In this document: positions 17,992 to 26,224 of the stretch, piece by piece
How positions within the stretch are numbered: position 1 is the first letter of the stretch
Layout: each line of letters begins with the position of its first letter
Assembly (NCBI GenBank): GCA_018651605.1
Contig: JABIDS010000010.1
Span: 32,053-96,052 of the forward strand
DNA: 64,000 nucleotides
Direction: 5' to 3'
From: an archaeon
GTDB lineage: Archaea; Nanobdellota; Nanobdellia; Pacearchaeales; GW2011-AR1
Translations under genes and position numbers: made by a program
The notes under the pieces: generated by a model
Databases searched by the model: none
What the model saw: the letters and a program-made list of their open reading frames with translations, nothing else
What the model was told of the DNA's origin: nothing

Positions 17992-19617
17992 GTGAAAATG
18001 GCAATCTACTCTCATTCAAAATTATCTTCATTTGAACAATGCCCTCTTAAATTTAAATTCAGATACATAGAAAAATTAAAACCAGACATTGAAAACACAA
18101 TAGAAGGATTCTTAGGAACAAAGGTTCACGACACCTTAGAATGGATTTACAACGAAATATTAAAGAATCAACATAAAGAATTTGAATTAGATGAAATAAT
18201 AAAATATTATGCAATTTCATGGAACAATGATTACACAGAAGACATAAAAATAGTAAAAAAAGAATTCACAACAGAACATTATTTCAACAAAGGAATAAAA
18301 TTCTTAATTGATTATTTCACTACTCATAAACCCTTCAAAGACAATACAATAGAAACAGAAAAAAGAATATTCTTAACATTAAATGATGGAAACAAAATAA
18401 TAGGATACATAGATAGACTCACACACAATAGGGAAACAAACATACTAGAAATTCATGATTACAAAACCTCAAACTCAATGAAATCTCAAACAGAATTAGA
18501 CAAAGACCGACAACTAGCACTTTATTCCTTGGCAATAAAACAATTATTTCCAAACGCAACAGATGTTCATCTGGTTTGGCATTTCTTAAATTTCAACAAA
18601 AAAGTAACTTCAAAAAGAACTTACGAACAATTAGAACAACTAAAACAAGACATAATACAATTAATTAAAAAAATAGAATCAACAACAGAATTTCCTCCTT
18701 GTAAGAGCGCATTATGTGGATGGTGCGAATACCAAAGTTATTGCCCACTAATACAACAAGAACAAATAATGCAACAAGAGAATAAACAAAAAGAATTTCA
18801 AAAAACATTAGATCTCTCTTCAAAAATAAATTTAAAAAATCCTAAAATCCTAGTAGCAAGTCCAACTTATGATGGCATGGAATATTGTCACAACGAATTC
18901 TTTAATCAAATAAAAAATTTAGATTATAAAAATTACGACCTATTAATAATAGACAATTCCAGAAACAATAAATATTTCAAGAAATTAAAAAAAGAAAATA
19001 TTTTAACAATAAAAGACAACACTCAAGAAGATAAGAATTCTTTGAGATTAGTAAGTAGCAGAAATAAAATCCTAAAATATGCTCAAGAAAATAGATATGA
19101 TTACATCCTAATGCTAGATTCAGATGTAATTCCTCCAAAAAATATAATAGAAGGATTATTAGAATGCAAAAAAGACATCGTTAGTGGGATATATTTTAAT
19201 CAGTTTAATGTTTCAGGAAAACCAGAAATTCATCCTGTTGCATATAAGTGTTTAACAGAGGAAGAATTTGAAGAAATGAAAGAAAAAGTAAACTTCCCTC
19301 CCAATGTTAAATCCCATTTAGATATAAAATATCATTTGACAAAAGAAGATACAGACAGCAAGAAGCTCCTAGAAGTCTTTATTCCTTCTGCAGGTTGCAT
19401 GTTAATTTCAAGGAAAGTTTTTGAAGAAGTAAGATACGGCCTAGTAGACACTACCAATGCAGACAATATACAAACAAGCGACGATATATATTTTATGTTA
19501 AGGGCAAAGGAATTAGGATTTAAAATTTACTGCCATACAGGATTAAAATGCGAACATTTAGTAGAAGGAAAATTCAGAAAAGATAAAAATAAATTAGTTC
19601 ATCCATTTTACGATTAA
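17992..19617 (+). CDS. Fusion protein: Cas4/RecB-like PD-(D/E)XK nuclease (N) + family-2 glycosyltransferase (C)
   Basis: The N-terminal half has YSHSKLSSFEQCPLKFKFRYI, GYIDRL...ILEIHDYKTS (D..ExK), RQLALYSLA and the CGWCEYQSYCP Cys cluster. The C-terminal half has ILVASPTYDG...LLIIDNS...MLDSDVIPP...SDDIYF, a GT-A/DxD pattern. It is one continuous ORF. Confidence 0.7.
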   Translation: MKMAIYSHSKLSSFEQCPLKFKFRYIEKLKPDIENTIEGFLGTKVHDTLEWIYNEILKNQHKEFELDEIIKYYAISWNNDYTEDIKIVKKEFTTEHYFNKGIKFLIDYFTTHKPFKDNTIETEKRIFLTLNDGNKIIGYIDRLTHNRETNILEIHDYKTSNSMKSQTELDKDRQLALYSLAIKQLFPNATDVHLVWHFLNFNKKVTSKRTYEQLEQLKQDIIQLIKKIESTTEFPPCKSALCGWCEYQSYCPLIQQEQIMQQENKQKEFQKTLDLSSKINLKNPKILVASPTYDGMEYCHNEFFNQIKNLDYKNYDLLIIDNSRNNKYFKKLKKENILTIKDNTQEDKNSLRLVSSRNKILKYAQENRYDYILMLDSDVIPPKNIIEGLLECKKDIVSGIYFNQFNVSGKPEIHPVAYKCLTEEEFEEMKEKVNFPPNVKSHLDIKYHLTKEDTDSKKLLEVFIPSAGCMLISRKVFEEVRYGLVDTTNADNIQTSDDIYFMLRAKELGFKIYCHTGLKCEHLVEGKFRKDKNKLVHPFYD

Positions 19618-19618
19618 A

Positions 19619-21541
19619 ATGTGGTCATTATATAAAAACAATCAATTACTACCTCCTCTAAAATTTTCAAACAACAAAACTCAGGAAGATTTAGTAAAAG
19701 AAATAATAACTGCAGTTGAACAAGGAAATAAAATAATTTTTCTAAAAGGAATGTGTGGAACAGGAAAATCTGCAATCGCATTAAATCTAGCAAGGCATTT
19801 TGGTAAAACATCTATCGTAGTTCCAATAAAATCTCTCCAAGAACAATACACAAAAGATTATACTAAAAATATGCATGTTCTAGATAAAAACAATGAACAA
19901 AAATTAAAAATATCATCAATATTTGGAAGAGCAAATTTTAAATGCAAATTTTTAGAACAAAATGCTCCTCCAGATATAAATAGATATTACAAAGAAAAAA
20001 ACACAAAACTCAGCGATATATTCGCAGGAGTAAATATCAAACAAAGTAATGAAAAGGACAAATCTTGTAACAACAATTTTCTTCCGTGCAAAATAGAAAT
20101 AAAAGAAAAAAATCTCCCAAGAATAAAAGATTACCTTAAACAAAATCCCTCAGTAAGTATAACTAATTTTGATTCAATTTCAGATGTAAAAAGAATGACT
20201 ATCGCCCCTGTCTGCCCATATTGGTCACCAATATTTCCAGACGATTTTGAAATCAAAAAATTCAAAGATGCAAATAAAATAAAATACAAAGGACTTAATG
20301 GAAAAAACTTCACAATTTATCAAAGAAAACCTGGTTGTGGATATTATGACCAATATGCAACTTACGACAACTCAGATGTATTTATCTTCAATAGTCCAAA
20401 ATACAAGGTAGAAACACTCATGAACAGAAAACCTGCAACAGAACTTGAAATAATAGACGAATGTGATGAATTTTTAGACAGCTTCGCAAACATAGAACAA
20501 ATAAATCTAAGCAGACTTTTATTCGCACTAGGATTTGTTTTTGCAGATGATGAAGAATCAAAAGGAATAATCAAAGATTTAGAATACATAACAAATCAAC
20601 TAAAAAAACAATACAGAGAACCTACAACAGAAATAAACGAAATCAAAAATACATTAATTTGCGATTTACTCAAAAAAATACTAAAAAACAATTCCCTTTT
20701 AGATGAAATAGAAATCGACGACTCCAACTATCTCTATCACTTAGATGAAGTCGCAAGAATTTTTATGGAATTCTTAAATGAAACATTTTTTTCAATAGAA
20801 AAAAGAGATAATGATATAATAATCCAATTAGTAACAACAAATTTAGAAAAAAGATTCAAAGAATTAACAGAAAAAAATAAAGTTTTCATAATGATGAGCG
20901 GAACAATTCATTCAGAAAATGTTTTAGAAAATATTTTTGGTATAACTGATTTTAAGATAATTGACGCAGAAACAGAGCATCAAGGCGAATTAATTCCCTG
21001 CAGACACGGATATGAGATAGATTGCAAATACGCTAACTTTCAATCACAAAAAGTTTCAAGAGAACAATATCTTAAGGCCCTATCAAAAACAATAACTTGT
21101 GCAAAAAAACCAGCATTAGTTCATGTAAATAGTTTTTCAGATCTTCCAACAGATATAGAAAAAATAAACCTCAACATAGATAACTTACCAACCTCTCATG
21201 AACTAATAACAAAACAATCTCAAGATCCCTTAGGACAAAGAGTAATTGACTTCAAAAACAAAAAAATAAACATATTATTCACAACAAAATGCAACAGAGG
21301 TGTAGACTTCCCAGGAGATATTTGCAACAGTATAATCTTAACAAAATTCCCCTATCCAAACATCTCTTCAATATTCTGGAAAGTTCTAAAAAGAAACAAA
21401 CCAACTTACTTCATGAGTTTTTACATGGATAAAGCAAGAAGAGAACTACTCCAAAAAGTTTATAGGGGTTTAAGATCAAAAACAGACAGAGTTTATCTTC
21501 TTTCTCCAGATAGCAGAGTTTTAGATGCTAAAATAAACTAA
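19619..21541 (+). CDS. XPD/Rad3/DinG-family helicase-like protein
   Basis: It has Walker A GMCGTGKS, the DEAH-like box IIDECDEF and four Cys between motifs I and II (CKF..CNNNFLPC..CPYW), which could bind an Fe-S cluster. It also has MMSGT, RGVDFPGD and YRGLRSKTD. The gene starts 1 nt after the upstream stop. Confidence 0.7.
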   Translation: MWSLYKNNQLLPPLKFSNNKTQEDLVKEIITAVEQGNKIIFLKGMCGTGKSAIALNLARHFGKTSIVVPIKSLQEQYTKDYTKNMHVLDKNNEQKLKISSIFGRANFKCKFLEQNAPPDINRYYKEKNTKLSDIFAGVNIKQSNEKDKSCNNNFLPCKIEIKEKNLPRIKDYLKQNPSVSITNFDSISDVKRMTIAPVCPYWSPIFPDDFEIKKFKDANKIKYKGLNGKNFTIYQRKPGCGYYDQYATYDNSDVFIFNSPKYKVETLMNRKPATELEIIDECDEFLDSFANIEQINLSRLLFALGFVFADDEESKGIIKDLEYITNQLKKQYREPTTEINEIKNTLICDLLKKILKNNSLLDEIEIDDSNYLYHLDEVARIFMEFLNETFFSIEKRDNDIIIQLVTTNLEKRFKELTEKNKVFIMMSGTIHSENVLENIFGITDFKIIDAETEHQGELIPCRHGYEIDCKYANFQSQKVSREQYLKALSKTITCAKKPALVHVNSFSDLPTDIEKINLNIDNLPTSHELITKQSQDPLGQRVIDFKNKKINILFTTKCNRGVDFPGDICNSIILTKFPYPNISSIFWKVLKRNKPTYFMSFYMDKARRELLQKVYRGLRSKTDRVYLLSPDSRVLDAKIN

Positions 21542-22164
21542 CTCTCTCCAACATTATCCTCAGAATTAAAAAATTGCCCAATAGAATAAAATCCCCTTAA
21601 AACAAATTCAACAATAAAGATAAATACAATAAACATCAAAATATTATTAAACAAGGCAGGAATCTCCACAATCTTTGCAATCAAATTACTTACATCAAAA
21701 AAGTTTTCACCTAAAATAAAAGTAGCCAAAACAGTAAATGGCAAAATCTTAGCCAAATCTTTTGATAAATCTTCACTAACATAAGCAGTTATTCTTGTGG
21801 ACGCAATTATCGCCGCACTAACTAAAAGAACTTGTTCAGCACCTTGTTCAGATAAAAGCAATAAAAACAAAGAAAGTATTGCAAACCAAAACAAAACCAA
21901 AAAAGGAAGTATCACTAAATACTCCACAGTATAAAGTCCAATAGCAAAAAACTTCTCTAGACCTGGATGATTAGAATAATTATACTGTTTCAAATTCAAT
22001 TGAATAATCTCCTTACTCGCAAGAAACTTATAAAATTTCCAAATAAAAATCGCATAAAGCGCAATAAAAATAGTATAAAGCAAAAGACTAATCAGAACCT
22101 TATAATCCTCTGGCACACTATCAAAGATAGATTGAATATAATTTGAAATAAAATCTAATATCAT
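21538..22164 (-). CDS. Hypothetical membrane protein (208 aa)
   Basis: It has several long hydrophobic segments. Its end overlaps the helicase gene convergently by 4 nt. Confidence 0.5.
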   Translation of the reverse strand: MILDFISNYIQSIFDSVPEDYKVLISLLLYTIFIALYAIFIWKFYKFLASKEIIQLNLKQYNYSNHPGLEKFFAIGLYTVEYLVILPFLVLFWFAILSLFLLLLSEQGAEQVLLVSAAIIASTRITAYVSEDLSKDLAKILPFTVLATFILGENFFDVSNLIAKIVEIPALFNNILMFIVFIFIVEFVLRGFYSIGQFFNSEDNVGES

Positions 22165-22225
22165 GTTTGCACCTCTTAAAGTATAAAATAAATCTTTAGT
22201 TATAAATGTTTCTTAAAATAAAATC

Positions 22226-22636
22226 TTATCTAAACGACTTCTGCCTTTTCTTTCTAGCCTTTGAATCACCAGGTTTATTCGCTTCTTTTCTTCGAGTATC
22301 TGCAACCATTAAATTCTTATCATATCTAACATACGTCTTTTTTAATTCATCAGATTTTGTAAATGCAACAATAGCTCTTGCAATAGCTAAACTAGAAGCT
22401 TCAATTCTACTTTCAGAACCTCCACCACGAACATTAACAGCGATATCAAAATCAACCTTACCCAAAACTTTCTTAGCAATTTCCAAAGGCTCCTGAATCA
22501 TTAATTTCTTAAAAAAATCCAAATTCTCATAAGGAATCTTATTAATCGTAACTTTTCCATCACCTTTCTTAATCATAGCTTTTGCTATAGCAGTTTTTCT
22601 CTTTCCACTCACAACAAGATTTTTTTCAATTACCAT
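22226..22636 (-). CDS. rps9: 30S ribosomal protein S9 (uS9)
   Basis: GKRKTAIAKA...VNVRGGGSESRIEASSLAIARAIV...RRKEANKPG...KSFR is the S9 signature. Confidence 0.9.
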   Translation of the reverse strand: MVIEKNLVVSGKRKTAIAKAMIKKGDGKVTINKIPYENLDFFKKLMIQEPLEIAKKVLGKVDFDIAVNVRGGGSESRIEASSLAIARAIVAFTKSDELKKTYVRYDKNLMVADTRRKEANKPGDSKARKKRQKSFR

Positions 22637-23040
22637 TATAATTTCTCCACCAACTCCTTTAATGTAATATATTTTAATTTATTAGGTGCACTAATTTTCA
22701 TCATTTTCTTATCTTTAAATTCTTCAGGAATACCATCATGACATTTAACCCTCAAAAAAGCTTGCTTTCCAATTCCTCTTCTATGGTCTGGCAACATTCC
22801 TCGAATTCCTCGCTTTAACAACATATATGCAACTCTTCCATGCTTAGGCCCTTTTTGCGAATGCCCACCTTTAGCTTTTAAAACTCTATATTTCTCAATA
22901 GTATCTTTTTTATTTCCAGTAATAATAACTTTCTCAGAATTCACAATAACAATCTCCCCACCTTCCAAAGCTTTCTTAGCAACAAAGCTACAAAGTCTTC
23001 CAAAAACTGCCCCACTTCCATCAATAATTATCTCACTCAT
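22636..23040 (-). CDS. rpl13: 50S ribosomal protein L13 (uL13)
   Basis: IIDGSGAVFGRLCSFVAKKAL...KGGHSQKGPKH...LKRGIRGMLP matches the L13 pattern, and the gene is syntenic with S9. Confidence 0.9.
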   Translation of the reverse strand: MSEIIIDGSGAVFGRLCSFVAKKALEGGEIVIVNSEKVIITGNKKDTIEKYRVLKAKGGHSQKGPKHGRVAYMLLKRGIRGMLPDHRRGIGKQAFLRVKCHDGIPEEFKDKKMMKISAPNKLKYITLKELVEKL

Positions 23041-23420
23041 ATTACTTCAACCCCTTCCAATTTATTATTACTTTCAATCTCATCCTTAATACTCTTAACC
23101 TCACATCCAGCCTTTTTCAACTTTTCTCTTGCTTGTTCTGAAAATCCAAGAGCACTAACCTTAATCTTTCTATTAACTTCACCTTGCCCCAAAACCTTTC
23201 CAACAACCATAATCTTATCAGTCTTGCCCTCAGAGGGTACACCTGCAGGTGTGGCATCATTCAATCCATCCAAATTAATCTTAGTATACTGACTAGCCGG
23301 TGCACTCAATCTTTTACCTAAATCCAAAAGCCCATGTTTCTTAGCCAACAAAACAGTCTCAACTATTTCAGGATTCCGTTTCTTCTTTAATCTTTTATCT
23401 ATTTGTGTTTTTGATATCAT
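23037..23420 (-). CDS. rpl18e: 50S ribosomal protein L18e (eL18) carrying a ~10-aa insertion
   Basis: KTQIDKRLKKKRNPEIVETVLLAKK...INLDGL[NDATPAGVPSEGKTDK]IMVVGKVLGQGEV matches L18e. The position between RpoD and L13 fits the conserved archaeal order. Confidence 0.85.
   Translation of the reverse strand: MISKTQIDKRLKKKRNPEIVETVLLAKKHGLLDLGKRLSAPASQYTKINLDGLNDATPAGVPSEGKTDKIMVVGKVLGQGEVNRKIKVSALGFSEQAREKLKKAGCEVKSIKDEIESNNKLEGVEVI
23223..23252 (-). repeat. In-frame 30-nt module copy 2 (TPAGVPSEGK) in L18e
   Basis: The coding-strand sequence is ACACCTGCAGGTGTACCCTCTGAGGGCAAG. It is 28/30 identical to copy 1. Confidence 0.8.
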
Positions 23421-23552
23421 ATTGTAAATTTAACAGAAAAAATATTTTCCTGCTAACGCGAATTGTCCATCTCTGAATCACTCGCAGGTTATGATTTTGA
23501 AAGATAATTAAGGTTTTTAAATCTTCGCTTTTATGGTTTGAAAAGAGAATGA

Positions 23553-23580
23553 GTTAAAAATTTCATTAGAAATTTTTAAC
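23553..23580. promoter_or_regulatory. Perfect 12-bp-arm palindrome in divergent intergenic region
   Basis: GTTAAAAATTTC-ATTA-GAAATTTTTAAC lies between the L18e start (23420, minus strand) and the ORF start at 23640 (plus strand). Confidence 0.3.
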
Positions 23581-23639
23581 GGTTTGTATGTAAACCAGAG
23601 AATAGAAAATAATAAATAATGACAATGTGATACCTTAAA

Positions 23640-24200
23640 ATGGATTTTGATGAGATAGATGAAGATGAGCTTTTGGATTTAGGAATCTATGATCCTAAGA
23701 TAAGTCTAGATGAAAAAGCAAAACTTTTATATAATCATGGAGCAAGTTATGAAGAAATTTGCAGTGTTCTTTATTCTTCAACAGACCATAATCTTTCAGT
23801 AATTGGGGTTGCAAAAAGTTTGCATAACTTTGGAGCAGATTGTTCTCAGATTCCTGAGGCATTTACAAGATTCTGTCTTACACCTTATTCAGGTCTGTGT
23901 GAAGGAGAATATTCTTATAGTTATAAAGATCTTACAAAAGCATTAAAGACACTTGATTACAGTCCTAGAGAAATAATGACTAGCTTAACAAGAAGTTTCC
24001 CAGTAGATTATAATTTAGATTCATATTATTCAGAATTAGATCTTAATCATTTAGAAGAGATTTTATTCTCACTAGGAGTTACAGATTTTAATGAACTAGT
24101 AACAGAATTACAATGTATTGGTTTTAGAAAACAAGATATTAAAATTCATTTAAGAGAAATTGGTCATTATCCTGGAAGGATTTTTGCAGAACCAATTTAG
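23640..24200 (+). CDS. Hypothetical acidic helical-repeat protein
   Basis: The 186-aa ORF has an acidic N-terminus (MDFDEIDEDELLDLG) and four loosely repeated units of about 35 aa (..L...G.S..EI...L..). It lies antisense-oriented inside the r-protein/RNAP cluster. Confidence 0.45.
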   Translation: MDFDEIDEDELLDLGIYDPKISLDEKAKLLYNHGASYEEICSVLYSSTDHNLSVIGVAKSLHNFGADCSQIPEAFTRFCLTPYSGLCEGEYSYSYKDLTKALKTLDYSPREIMTSLTRSFPVDYNLDSYYSELDLNHLEEILFSLGVTDFNELVTELQCIGFRKQDIKIHLREIGHYPGRIFAEPI

Positions 24201-24207
24201 TTAAAAA

Positions 24208-24291
24208 TGCAGGAAACAGGATTCGAACCCATGTAGGCACTAAGCCAATGCGACCTTAACGCATCCCGTTTGACCACTCCGGCATTCCTGC
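24208..24291 (-). tRNA. tRNA-Leu, class II; anticodon reads AAG by canonical numbering
   Basis: The fold has acceptor GCAGGAA/TTCCTGC plus discriminator A, a 3-bp D stem, anticodon stem ATGCG/CGCAT with loop TTAAGGT, a long variable arm and T loop TTCGAAT. It aligns position-for-position with the tRNA-Leu(CAA) at 50805. Confidence 0.75.
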
Positions 24292-24336
24292 ATAAAAACA
24301 ACCAAGATTCAACTTATAAAAACTTATCCCCAAGAA

Positions 24337-24996
24337 CTACTTAACAACCTTACCCAACTCTTTCAAATTCCCATCCAAAGCTTCAATAGCTTTCAAAAAA
24401 ATATCCTTACTATCTAACTGCCCCCAACTCTCAATCTCAAAAATCAATTCATCATTCCCTTTTGCTTTCTTAACCTTTTCAACAATCTCTTCACTAATCC
24501 CTTTCAAATCTTCATCATCATAATTAACTTTTCCTTCAGCATCAACATAAACAACATTCAAAACATCTTCATCAAGATTGTGCTTATAGTAAACCAAACC
24601 AGGAGAATACTTAATATGATCAATCCCCTTACCAAGTTTAGCATCTGCAACAATTTCAAATTCCTGCCCATCAGCTAAAATAACAATCGGCAATTTCAAA
24701 TCAGTTCCAATAGACGGACTCATATCAGTCGCATAAACAGTATTAGGCCCTTTAACTTTCAACTTAAATTTCAATTCCTTACTTGCCTTATCCATCTTAA
24801 TAGGAATCAAACCAATTCTATGAGCAATTATTTCATCATACAATGCAGAATCATTTTTATAAATCTCAACTTCATCAATAGCCAAAACCGGAATCTCCAA
24901 AACACTCCTACGAATAGCATTAGCCAAATAAACAGGCATATCGGTAACAAAACTCAACTTCAGCTTTTCTTTATTATAATTTTCTGTTTTTATCAT
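24337..24996 (-). CDS. rpoD: DNA-directed RNA polymerase subunit D (Rpo3), cysteine-free
   Basis: VYLANAIRRSVLEIPVLAIDEVEIYKNDSALYDEIIAHRIGLIPI is the RpoD/alpha-like motif, and the gene is syntenic after S11. The sequence contains no Cys, so it has no Fe-S domain. Confidence 0.85.
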   Translation of the reverse strand: MIKTENYNKEKLKLSFVTDMPVYLANAIRRSVLEIPVLAIDEVEIYKNDSALYDEIIAHRIGLIPIKMDKASKELKFKLKVKGPNTVYATDMSPSIGTDLKLPIVILADGQEFEIVADAKLGKGIDHIKYSPGLVYYKHNLDEDVLNVVYVDAEGKVNYDDEDLKGISEEIVEKVKKAKGNDELIFEIESWGQLDSKDIFLKAIEALDGNLKELGKVVK

Positions 24997-25032
24997 TTTA
25001 ATTGTTATTTTTTTAGGTTTTTAAGGTTATCT

Positions 25033-25584
25033 CTAAACCCTCCGCCCCCTTCTACCACCCTTCTTCTTCGGCCCACCACGAGCAATCCTTGTTGTATCCA
25101 TTATTGACAAAATCTTAAAACCTGCACGAGTCAAAGATTTAATAGCAGCATGAGCTCCAGGCCCAGGATTATTCTGCCCAGTCTTAGCTCTTATCTTAAC
25201 ATAAAATCCAGTAATCCCATTATCCCTAGCCTCTTCAGCAACTCTCTGCGCAATAAACATCGCAATAGTTGGATTCGCCTTCAATCTATCCTGCTTAGTC
25301 GACTGCCCACCAGAAAACTTCGCCAAACTCTTCCCAGACATATCAGTCAAATTCATAACAGTATTATTAAAAGTCGTATAAATATTCAAAACACCAATCC
25401 TATCATCTTTTCTCTTGCCCCCAGAGGGTACACCTGTAGGTGTAGGAGCTTTTCTCTCTTCTTTAACTTCTTCCTTTTTCTCTTCAACAACTTCATTCTT
25501 CGTATCTTCTTTGGTTTCAACTACTTCAGGTTTTTCTTTAGTATCTTTTACTTCTTCAACAACTTTCTTTTCTTTTTCTACCAT
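25033..25584 (-). CDS. rps11: 30S ribosomal protein S11 (uS11) with ~55-aa K/E-rich N-terminal extension
   Basis: The core is GVLNIYTTFNNTVMNLTD...GPGAHAAIKSLTRAGFKI...D.T.IARGG..KKGGRRGRRV. It is preceded by a lysine/glutamate-rich tail ending in TPTGVPSGGK. Confidence 0.9.
   Translation of the reverse strand: MVEKEKKVVEEVKDTKEKPEVVETKEDTKNEVVEEKKEEVKEERKAPTPTGVPSGGKRKDDRIGVLNIYTTFNNTVMNLTDMSGKSLAKFSGGQSTKQDRLKANPTIAMFIAQRVAEEARDNGITGFYVKIRAKTGQNNPGPGAHAAIKSLTRAGFKILSIMDTTRIARGGPKKKGGRRGRRV
25414..25443 (-). repeat. In-frame 30-nt module copy 3 (TPTGVPSGGK) in S11
   Basis: The coding-strand sequence is ACACCTACAGGTGTACCCTCTGGGGGCAAG. The arms ACACCT/AGGTGT are retained. Confidence 0.75.
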
Positions 25585-26207
25585 TATTCTTTATCCTCAC
25601 TTTCATTTACTTCTTTGCCCTCATCAGGTACGCCTTCAGGTGCAACTTCTTCAGCCTTCTCTACTTTTTTCAAATCTTCAACCACTTCACCTTCAATTCC
25701 TTCCTCCAAAACCTCTTTCTTAATTTTCTCAATCTTAGACTTCTTATTATCAGGAATTTTCATAACTAAATTCAACTTAACCTCTCCTTCTTCAACCATT
25801 CCAACTTGATAAGACGGAACATTAACAATCTGGTTACCAATCGCAACATGTTTATGAGTAATCAATTGTCTAGCTTGTTTAGGAGTATTAGCAAATTTCT
25901 TAGCAACAACAATTGTCTGCAATCTTCTCTTTAACCAATCTTCTTTATCCAAAGCCAAAGCATCAGCAATACTCTCAACAGGAAAACCCTTCTTCTGATA
26001 TCTCTCAATAAAACCACTCTTCTCTTCATCACTTGCAGTAATCAATTTCTTCGCAAGATTCCTAACTCTCTTAATAGCAGCATCAGCTTTCCAAATCTCT
26101 CTCTTAGTTTTCAAACCATATTTCTCCCTAAGAACATTCTCTTCATCTATTCTTGCCTTATCAAAAGGTTTCTGCGGTCGCGAATATTTTTTCTGTTGTT
26201 TTTTCAT
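25584..26207 (-). CDS. rps4: 30S ribosomal protein S4 (uS4) with acidic C-terminal extension
   Basis: KKYSRPQKPFDKARIDEENVLREKYGLKTKREIWKA matches S4, and the S4 RNA-binding domain follows. The tail is ...EEVAPEGVPDEGKEVNESEDKE. Confidence 0.9.
   Translation of the reverse strand: MKKQQKKYSRPQKPFDKARIDEENVLREKYGLKTKREIWKADAAIKRVRNLAKKLITASDEEKSGFIERYQKKGFPVESIADALALDKEDWLKRRLQTIVVAKKFANTPKQARQLITHKHVAIGNQIVNVPSYQVGMVEEGEVKLNLVMKIPDNKKSKIEKIKKEVLEEGIEGEVVEDLKKVEKAEEVAPEGVPDEGKEVNESEDKE
25614..25643 (-). repeat. In-frame 30-nt module copy 4 (APEGVPDEGK) in S4
   Basis: The coding-strand sequence is GCACCTGAAGGCGTACCTGATGAGGGCAAA. This is the most diverged copy. Confidence 0.65.
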
Positions 26208-26224
26208 TTTGAATTCTTAAGAAG

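Noticed and set aside
22206-22496. A plus-strand 96-aa ORF.
   Set aside because: It lies entirely antisense to the well-supported S9 gene.
23421-23552. A possible C/D-box sRNA in the L18e upstream spacer (CTGA and ATGAT-like strings).
   Set aside because: There is no proper RUGAUGA C box, no correctly spaced C/D or C'/D' pairs, and no terminal stem. The evidence is insufficient.
24820-25809. Plus-strand ORFs 24820-25107, 25150-25809 and 25415-25723.
   Set aside because: They are antisense to rpoD, S11 and S4. The S/F/L/T-rich translations are mirror images of the K/E-rich tails.
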